From NCBI GenBank assembly GCA_945862415.1, contig CAMAYP010000002.1, positions 294 through 64,293 on the forward strand: DNA of 64,000 nucleotides, written 5' to 3'. The notes under the pieces were generated by a model. The model was not told where the DNA came from, did not search any database, and saw only the letters and a program-made list of their open reading frames with translations. Origin of the DNA: Chryseobacterium gleum. Lineage in GTDB: Bacteria > Bacteroidota > Bacteroidia > Flavobacteriales_D > Sanyastnellaceae. The position numbers and the translations under genes were made by a program. Shown here in pieces: positions 57,356 through 64,000 of the stretch. The stretch's first letter is position 1. The number at the start of each line of letters is the position of its first letter.

Positions 57356-60300
57356 TCAGCGTGCCAGCACTACATGCCCTTGTAACTTCGTTCGGCGGTC
57401 GAGTGAATCAAATTCTACCACCCAATTGTACACGTCGTTTGGAGCAAAATAGCCGCTTCCAACATCGCCTGTCCAGGGTGTTTGCATGTCGAATGATTCG
57501 AACACTGTCATACCCCAGCGGTCAAAAATGACGATATGAAAACCGGTTACCGCTTGCCCACTCACACGAAACACATCGTTGATACCATCCTCATTTGGCG
57601 TAAACGTATTCGGAACATAAATCGGATAATAAGGACGCACATAAACCGTATCGTCATTGATACAACCGAAGTTGTCTAGTATGGACAAGTGATAGGTTGT
57701 TGCTTCCAAAGGAGAAGCGATTGTTACTTCACATGTGTCGCAACTAAGGCCCTCTGCCGGCCACCAATAACATGGAAACCCGAGCGCATTGCCGAACAAC
57801 ATAACACTATCGGGGTACTCGAAATACGCGTCGGGACCTGCGTCGATGTCTGCTCTGGGATATACCGCCACGGTCACGCTCTCGGTTGCCAGACAATTGT
57901 ATGCATCAACTCCTGTAACTTCAAACAGCGTAGTTGTTTCAGGCGAAACATATACGATTGCTTCGTCCTCCGAGATGACCCACATGGCCGGTGTCCATGA
58001 ATAACTCACCGCTCCAGTTGCCCAAGCGGCAATTGTATCGCCGAGGCAAATACTCCCCCCGCCGAATGCTTGCAGCACAGGGGTTATCACATTTACCAGC
58101 ACCGTGTCAAAGCCAACACCGCATGAATTCGTGATTTGCACCACGTAGAGAGTTGTATCCAATGGCGACGCCAACGGAGCCTGAATCAATTCAGAACTTA
58201 ACGATTCTGAAGGAAACCAATTCCAAGCGCTTCCGGGCTCTGCCAACAGTTGAACCGCCTCCCCGTTGCATAAACTCAGTGTGGGATAGGTCTGCCCTCC
58301 CGGCACATTTTCATACACCAAAATCGAAACAATTGCTTCATCTGAACATCCATATTCGTTGGTAGCAGTTACTGTGTAATCAATACTCTGCAGCGGCGTC
58401 GCAATTGGATTTGCTGAAGACGGAGTGTCGAGATAACTGGCAGGAGCCCATTCATAGTCCACACCTCCTGTTGCAAACAACGCTGCATTCTGACCAATGC
58501 ACAACGTGGTATCGTTGGACGCATTCATTGTGACCATGCTCACTTCAACTACCACATTCAATGTTTCAGCGTCACATTCATTTTCATCGACCACATAATA
58601 GGTTGTTGTTAACGACGGGTCAGCAATAGGGTTGGGCACGTCGATAGAGGAAAGCGTGATGTCGTAAAGCCAATGTAGATTGGGGCTTCCTTCTGCGGTG
58701 AGCTGCGTGGTTTGCCCCGTGCAAATCACTACGTCGTCTTGAACGGTTGGAGAAACATCGGGAATGATTGATACCGCGATCGTCGCCGTATCGGCTGTGA
58801 CGCATAGGCTGTTGTCGTACCCAACCAATTGAATGGTGTACTCGCCCCCCTCTGAATATTGATGAGTGGGCAATACTTCCGAGCTGGTTGTGCCATCGCC
58901 AAAATCCCAGAGATAATTGGCAGCACCTACCGTTGAATTGGTAAAAGCTATTTCATCGTCGACACAAACCTGTGATGGTCCGTCAATTTCTACTTCAGCT
59001 TGAATAGCACTCAGATCAAACCGGAAAACAGCAAGGTTGCAACCCGTGCTCTCGTTGGTATTGCTCCATGCTCCGGGCGTTGTAGGAAAGTCATCGTTGT
59101 TCTGACAACCTGCGCATACAGCGTGATAGACCGAGCCGTTTTTGTCGAATCGTGATGTGCCGCCATCCACGTGCTCATTGCTTTCGTTGCCTCCCAAAAA
59201 AGATCCATACAAAATGTCTTGCGCATTCGGTGTTAGCACGCACAAATAGAAATCGCTCCCGTCCGTAGTCGTTTGAAAAGCATCAGCCGTTATGGGCAAT
59301 CCAACGGTTGTGCTTTGGTTTGCGTAGCAATCGCCGCCCAGGCCCGAACAGTAATTGTTGTTGATGTCGCCGCCCCAACCACTCAAGTAGATCTGCTCAC
59401 AATCGCTCACCAAAAACGCCGTGGGTGAAATATCGATTGCGCCGCTTCCCGTGCCCACCGTGGTATTCCATTCCATACTACTCAAATCGGGAGCGAACTT
59501 GGTAACGAACTGCCCGCTATTGGGCTGGCCATACAGCCCTGGAGTAATGGGCATATTGCCCGTTGTTTGGCCGTAAGTGTAGATAAATCCCGCATCGTCG
59601 CTTTGAGCGAAATACACTTGGTCGTAGGCCGAAGTGCCGATATACGTGCCGCTGAGGAGCGCGAAACTACCGGCATCGACCAATGCGACATACCCATCCG
59701 TCTCACCATTCCAAGAACCATCTGCGGCGGTTGCCGAAATCCAAGGGAAATTATCGCTCTGTGTTCCCCCTGCGATTATCATCTGGCCATCGCTATTGAA
59801 CTCAACAGCATAACATGCATCGCGCCCGTTGCCTCCAATAAACCTGCTTTGAAGCAGGGTATTTAAATCGGGTGATAGCTTGAAGAGAACACCATCAAAA
59901 TCACCGCCTCCGAAAGTGCCCGCGGTAACCGGAAAATCAGTGCTTCTCGTGACGGTTGCGACATATACATTGTCCGAGGCATCCACATTTAGTTCGCCTC
60001 TAAACGAATCACCATAATTGTAAAAAAGCTGATCAGCATTGTTTATCCCGTCAATCTCCGAACCACCCACAAATGTGGATGCCAGCAACGATCCATCGGT
60101 ATTGAACTTGGATACGAAGAGATCGCATCCATCGGGATGTTGCCCGGAGAAAAACCCATTCATGCTTAGGAAAGGACCACCCATAAACGACGGCTGAAAT
60201 GCGCCGGCAGTAATAGGAAAACCGGCGCTTCCTGTTACACCGAATAGAATGATTCTATCCTGACTATCGACGGCAACACTGTGTGGGGTTTCTTGCATTT

Positions 60301-61255
60301 CGCCACCGACATACGTGCTGTAGAGCAATTGCGATCCGTCGGAACTAAACTTTGAAATAGCGATGTCAAATGCATTGGTAGAAGCCGCATTGAACGTAGA
60401 AGTGAAAGCCCCGACGGTTGTGGGATAACCGGGGTCAAACACAGCCGAGCCCGCAATGAGGTTGCCCTCAGAGTCGTCGCACGCAGTGAACCCCCAGCTA
60501 TTGGCTGTTGATCCTATGTAGGTCGAGAAAGCCACCTCAGGGTCAATGATCAGCGTTGCGTTGCGATTGTATTTACCCACCCGAAAACCAACCGTATTTC
60601 CTTGAAGCACGTAATCGCAAGTCACCTCGCGCATTTCTCCATCGATAATCTGATAGGCATAAGGTTGCTTCTCGGTTATCGTTTGTACGGTGGTAGAAAC
60701 AACCAAATCGGTTCCTGACTCACGGTGGATAAGCGAGCAGGTTGCGCCTTCAAATTCAATTTCGATGTCGGTCGGATCCGCACCCGGAGCGAGAACCCAA
60801 TCGTATTTGATTCCTGCCGCGTTGCTATACAGCTGCACATCGATGCCCTGATAAACCCCGTGCATGAGAGCGCGGCCATAAACCGCACAATGAGACACCT
60901 GGCTTTCTGCATCCGATGAGAGGTAGTAATTGTAATAGTGCTTTTTTTCCTCGGCACCTGAAACACTTGCAGCGGAGCCATTCACGAAGTGGGCCTTGAA
61001 CACATGTCCCGACAATATGTCGGACTCTGCTGTTCCGTGAGCGCTATGCAATTTCCCCAATGCGACAGGGTCGTATAGCTGATAGGTAAAACCCGTGCGC
61101 TCCGTCCAAAGCACACCTGAGTTAAGCGTAGTTTGAAAGGCCACTTGCTGCGGCCATTGTCCGCGATTCATAACCCATTCAGGCTGACCCAACACAACCA
61201 GTGCCCACAAGAAGAGCATCCAAACCGATAGGATATAACGCAAATGGACTAGCAT
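57356..61255 (-). CDS. Giant secreted adhesin-like protein: SBBP-type beta-propeller repeats, a PKD domain, ~5 Ig-like modules and a T9SS type-B C-terminal sorting domain
   Basis: There is a signal/anchor segment, MLVHLRYILSVWMLFLWALVVLGQ. Repeats of the form DG-(L/Q)L-ST(F/Y)(V/I)GG are present. The PKD motif reads WDFGDGTTSS...HQYSEGGEYTIQL. The C-terminus reads VPNTFTPNEDGINDVF...IFDRWGMTVFES...W(T)G. Confidence 0.8.
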   Translation of the reverse strand: MLVHLRYILSVWMLFLWALVVLGQPEWVMNRGQWPQQVAFQTTLNSGVLWTERTGFTYQLYDPVALGKLHSAHGTAESDILSGHVFKAHFVNGSAASVSGAEEKKHYYNYYLSSDAESQVSHCAVYGRALMHGVYQGIDVQLYSNAAGIKYDWVLAPGADPTDIEIEFEGATCSLIHRESGTDLVVSTTVQTITEKQPYAYQIIDGEMREVTCDYVLQGNTVGFRVGKYNRNATLIIDPEVAFSTYIGSTANSWGFTACDDSEGNLIAGSAVFDPGYPTTVGAFTSTFNAASTNAFDIAISKFSSDGSQLLYSTYVGGEMQETPHSVAVDSQDRIILFGVTGSAGFPITAGAFQPSFMGGPFLSMNGFFSGQHPDGCDLFVSKFNTDGSLLASTFVGGSEIDGINNADQLFYNYGDSFRGELNVDASDNVYVATVTRSTDFPVTAGTFGGGDFDGVLFKLSPDLNTLLQSRFIGGNGRDACYAVEFNSDGQMIIAGGTQSDNFPWISATAADGSWNGETDGYVALVDAGSFALLSGTYIGTSAYDQVYFAQSDDAGFIYTYGQTTGNMPITPGLYGQPNSGQFVTKFAPDLSSMEWNTTVGTGSGAIDISPTAFLVSDCEQIYLSGWGGDINNNYCSGLGGDCYANQSTTVGLPITADAFQTTTDGSDFYLCVLTPNAQDILYGSFLGGNESNEHVDGGTSRFDKNGSVYHAVCAGCQNNDDFPTTPGAWSNTNESTGCNLAVFRFDLSAIQAEVEIDGPSQVCVDDEIAFTNSTVGAANYLWDFGDGTTSSEVLPTHQYSEGGEYTIQLVGYDNSLCVTADTATIAVSIIPDVSPTVQDDVVICTGQTTQLTAEGSPNLHWLYDITLSSIDVPNPIADPSLTTTYYVVDENECDAETLNVVVEVSMVTMNASNDTTLCIGQNAALFATGGVDYEWAPASYLDTPSSANPIATPLQSIDYTVTATNEYGCSDEAIVSILVYENVPGGQTYPTLSLCNGEAVQLLAEPGSAWNWFPSESLSSELIQAPLASPLDTTLYVVQITNSCGVGFDTVLVNVITPVLQAFGGGSICLGDTIAAWATGAVSYSWTPAMWVISEDEAIVYVSPETTTLFEVTGVDAYNCLATESVTVAVYPRADIDAGPDAYFEYPDSVMLFGNALGFPCYWWPAEGLSCDTCEVTIASPLEATTYHLSILDNFGCINDDTVYVRPYYPIYVPNTFTPNEDGINDVFRVSGQAVTGFHIVIFDRWGMTVFESFDMQTPWTGDVGSGYFAPNDVYNWVVEFDSLDRRTKLQGHVVLAR

Positions 61256-61352
61256 GCTTAGAGAAGACTAACCTACATGGGATAAGGTTGAATAGCAACC
61301 AATACGCAGTCAAATATCGCACCTGAGGTGCTGAATGAAAACAAATAGTGGA

Positions 61353-62336
61353 TTAAAAGAATACCGCTATTACGCACCAAAGCGATGTCAACACCAGCGC
61401 ATAAAAAAAGAAGGGGGCCACAAGCGACACCCGGTAGTTTGCAAACCAGTAGCCAAGCAAAAACGCAAACGGCAGCAACAGCGACATTACAATCCACTTC
61501 CACAACAGCGCAAACGCAAGAAAATAGGAGCCTACAAGAGCTACTGCTACAAGGAAAAAGATGGTGCGAATCGTTTTTGCTTTATTGGAAGACCGCTCGG
61601 CGAGGAACAAATAACGCGGTATTGCAAACACCAATGACAGCAATACTGTTATACCGAAAACCCTGGATGACCGTTCCCAAGATGAGAAGTACGACTGCAT
61701 GTCGAAGCTCACCCATTTTTTGAAGAGAATCATGCTATCCATCGCATCTCTGAAATAGAGCCATGAAACCCAATATCCGAAAGGCACTGCAAACGCCACT
61801 ACCGGCAACACATACTCTCTCCAATGAAAAGCACGGGTAACCATTGATCCTATCCATACGGAGGCAAGCAGCAATAAATATGGGGGAAAACAAACCGCCG
61901 CCAATCCGTACCAAAATCCACATTCAAAATACTCGGCCAGCACGCGTGGTTGATGGAAAATCTTCAGATGACTATTAAGCCCCAGCAATACAAAAACATT
62001 GGCAAGCAGCACAGGCACAGAAAGCTGTATGAGCGCCAGCGTAGTACCCAACAGGGAGTACACCAATGCAGGCACAAATACAGGCACGTTGAAAAACTCA
62101 TGTCGATTGAAAACGCTGTTGGCCAAATAGGCGCCCGCAATAATCAACAGACCGACGAGGCCAGCCAACACGAAGGAGGAGTCGTACCAGGTCACCAGGT
62201 AGCGATCAATAGGAAAATCTGCGTTAAAGGCTTGCAGACGGCCTTTAGAAGCAACCGACAACAACACAGAAAAGGTTGTAACAGGCAAGAGTGCCAGTGA
62301 CAGAGGTTGGTTGGAAGCGTAAGTACGTAAAATCAT
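61353..62336 (-). CDS. Hypothetical polytopic membrane protein (~9-10 TM)
   Basis: The protein is hydrophobic throughout and I recognised no catalytic motif. It may belong to a Bacteroidota-specific DUF family seen near purD; this was not verified. Confidence 0.55.
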   Translation of the reverse strand: MILRTYASNQPLSLALLPVTTFSVLLSVASKGRLQAFNADFPIDRYLVTWYDSSFVLAGLVGLLIIAGAYLANSVFNRHEFFNVPVFVPALVYSLLGTTLALIQLSVPVLLANVFVLLGLNSHLKIFHQPRVLAEYFECGFWYGLAAVCFPPYLLLLASVWIGSMVTRAFHWREYVLPVVAFAVPFGYWVSWLYFRDAMDSMILFKKWVSFDMQSYFSSWERSSRVFGITVLLSLVFAIPRYLFLAERSSNKAKTIRTIFFLVAVALVGSYFLAFALLWKWIVMSLLLPFAFLLGYWFANYRVSLVAPFFFYALVLTSLWCVIAVFF

Positions 62337-62396
62337 TTCAACAATGGAACGGCAACAAAAATGAAGGCAACTGTAGGTCGTTTGAACAACCTCGCT

Positions 62397-62404
62397 TAGA
62401 TTTG
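62397..62404 (+). promoter_or_regulatory. Bacteroidota-type -7 promoter box (TAnnTTTG)
   Basis: TAGATTTG is an exact consensus match 20 nt upstream of the ATG at 62424. Confidence 0.45.
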
Positions 62405-62423
62405 CCTCACAATTTTTTCAACC

Positions 62424-62612
62424 ATGAATCTCCAAAGCATCCTTCGACCAATAGCTGATGGCTTCCAGTGGACGTTTAAGCACGTCATTGAACCTATTGG
62501 CCCGACTATGAACTGGATATGCATCGTATTTGCCTTTTTAGCCATTCTTTATTGGCTGCGCCGTCAGAAGGCATACACCGCAAAAGCGATCAAAGAAGGC
62601 ACTACCGTATAA
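62424..62612 (+). CDS. Small single-TM membrane protein (62 aa)
   Basis: An ATG follows a -7 box. There is one TM helix (WICIVFAFLAILYWL). A strong terminator follows the stop. Confidence 0.55.
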   Translation: MNLQSILRPIADGFQWTFKHVIEPIGPTMNWICIVFAFLAILYWLRRQKAYTAKAIKEGTTV

Positions 62613-62632
62613 ACGTTGCCTCTACATAGCAT

Positions 62633-62660
62633 GAACCCCGTCCAAACCGACGGGGTTTTT
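62633..62660 (+). terminator. Rho-independent terminator
   Basis: The 9-bp stem AACCCCGTC pairs with GACGGGGTT around the loop CAAACC, followed by a T-run. Confidence 0.85.
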
Positions 62661-62781
62661 TATTTACGGCTATTTTCAGCAAAAAAGCTGCCCCATCCAT
62701 GCTCGCATGCAACGCTTGTTTACAAAATAGACTCATAACTCACCCTGTTCTACTGAAATTTGCAACCTCAAAACAACGCAT

Positions 62782-64000
62782 ATGAACGTTCTCATTTTAG
62801 GCTCCGGCGGACGCGAACACGCCATGGCCTGGAAAATTGCTCAAAGCCCAATCCTCAGCAAACTGTACGTAGCCCCCGGAAATCCGGGAACAGCTGCCAT
62901 TGCAACCAATGTTGCCTGCTCGTTGAGCGACTTTCCTGCCATCGCAGAGGTGGTGCTTTCCAATTCCATTGACCTGTTGGTTGTTGGTCCTGAAGTGCCT
63001 CTTGTCGAAGGCTTGGCAGACTACTTTTATTCGAACGAAGCCCTAAAGCATGTCAAGTTTGTTGGCCCCGACAAGCATGCGGCACAGATGGAAGGCAGTA
63101 AAGACTTTGCAAAGCAATTCATGCAACGCCACGGTATTCCAACTGCACGTTACGCCACATTCACGCCCGACACATTGACTGCAGGCCTAACCTATCTGGA
63201 GTCGCTCGAAGCACCCTACGTATTGAAGGCCGATGGCCTGGCTGCCGGAAAAGGAGTGCTCATTGTTGACCATTTGGAGGAGGCGAAAGAAGCGTTGAAG
63301 ACCCTTTTAGGTGGACAATTCGGGGCTTCCAGCGCTCGGGTTGTAATTGAAGAGTTTTTGAGCGGCATAGAGTTATCTGTTTTCGCTCTCACCGATGGCA
63401 AAGAGTATGTGCTGCTTCCGGAAGCGAAAGATTACAAACGCATCGGCGAAGGCGATACAGGGCTGAACACGGGAGGCATGGGAGCTGTAAGCCCCGTGCC
63501 ATTTGCCGACAGCGATTTCATGCGGAAAATTGAAGAGCGCATCGTAAAGCCAACCATTCGTGGGATACAGGAAGAAGGCATGCGATATACCGGTTTCGTG
63601 TTCTTCGGACTCATCAATGTACAAGGCGATCCGTATGTAATTGAGTACAATTGTCGAATGGGAGATCCTGAGACGGAAGTCGTTATGCCGCGCATTGCCG
63701 GCGATCTGCTGCCGTTGCTAGAGGCAGCGGCGACAGGCAACCTCAAAGGAATGACGGTAACTGCAGATGCTAGAGCCGCTTCAACGGTCATGCTCGTTGC
63801 CGGCGGATATCCCGAGGAATATGCAAAAGGGGATGAGATTACCGGGTTAAATACGGTAGAAAACAGCCTCGTGTTTCACGCGGGCACAAAAGGTTCGAAC
63901 GGCGTCTTGGAAACGAATGGAGGGCGCGTAATTGCCGTAACATCGTATGGCAACGATATTCACGATGCCTTAAAGACATCGTATGAAAACGCCGCAAAAA
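62782..64000 (+). CDS. purD: Phosphoribosylamine--glycine ligase, 3'-partial (runs off the window)
   Basis: This gene is absent from the ORF track because no stop lies in the window. My own translation gives MNVLILGSGGREHAMAWKIAQSP, then YVLKADGLAAGKGV, LNTGGMGAVSP and EYNCRMGDPETEV. Confidence 0.93.
   Translation, partial: MNVLILGSGGREHAMAWKIAQSPILSKLYVAPGNPGTAAIATNVACSLSDFPAIAEVVLSNSIDLLVVGPEVPLVEGLADYFYSNEALKHVKFVGPDKHAAQMEGSKDFAKQFMQRHGIPTARYATFTPDTLTAGLTYLESLEAPYVLKADGLAAGKGVLIVDHLEEAKEALKTLLGGQFGASSARVVIEEFLSGIELSVFALTDGKEYVLLPEAKDYKRIGEGDTGLNTGGMGAVSPVPFADSDFMRKIEERIVKPTIRGIQEEGMRYTGFVFFGLINVQGDPYVIEYNCRMGDPETEVVMPRIAGDLLPLLEAAATGNLKGMTVTADARAASTVMLVAGGYPEEYAKGDEITGLNTVENSLVFHAGTKGSNGVLETNGGRVIAVTSYGNDIHDALKTSYENAAK

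Overview
This 64-kb segment reads as chromosomal DNA from a Bacteroidota genome with a type IX secretion system (T9SS). It may be Flavobacteriia- or Cryomorphaceae-like, but the taxon cannot be verified here. I support about 58 CDS, 2 tRNAs (Arg-CCT, Leu-CAA), 5 rho-independent terminators and a few promoter or operator-like motifs. I recognised no rRNA, CRISPR array, transposase, integrase or phage gene.

Housekeeping content: exbD-exbD-tonB, aspS, ribE, rseP, uppP, kdsB, rnpA, an S41 protease, sdhCAB, dut, an enoyl-CoA hydratase, cvpA and purD (3'-partial).

Envelope content:
- An LPS-core-like block (DUF3098-type protein, uppP, GT2, GT9, O-antigen-ligase-like protein).
- Two TonB-dependent receptors.
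- Three large T9SS cargo proteins (two with type-B C-terminal domains, one with a type-A domain).
- An ~11-kb ABC-transporter-dependent glycan locus on the minus strand (35.8-46.4 kb) with visibly lower GC. It runs wHTH regulator, wzm, wzt, then acetyltransferase, 2 methyltransferases, 5 glycosyltransferases and 2 SDR/epimerase-like genes.

Best candidates for uncharacterised biology:
1. An orphan Mg-chelatase-like AAA+ (ChlI/BchI-type) plus VWA/MIDAS gene pair with non-canonical Walker A/B motifs and no tetrapyrrole context (47.3-49.9 kb).
2. The low-GC glycan island, with a Wzt C-terminal extension, candidate chain-capping enzymes, and a wHTH-degenerate nucleotidyltransferase regulator whose start codon sits inside a nested palindrome.
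3. A nitroreductase, PLP-enzyme and flavin-monooxygenase operon (7.6-10.7 kb).
4. A dense array of CACGAAT-type direct repeats upstream of a T9SS cargo gene (16.3 kb).

All family assignments come from motif recognition by eye. No HMM or BLAST search was run. Several ORF-track starts were moved to internal ATGs on the basis of signal peptides, gene overlaps or promoter positions.
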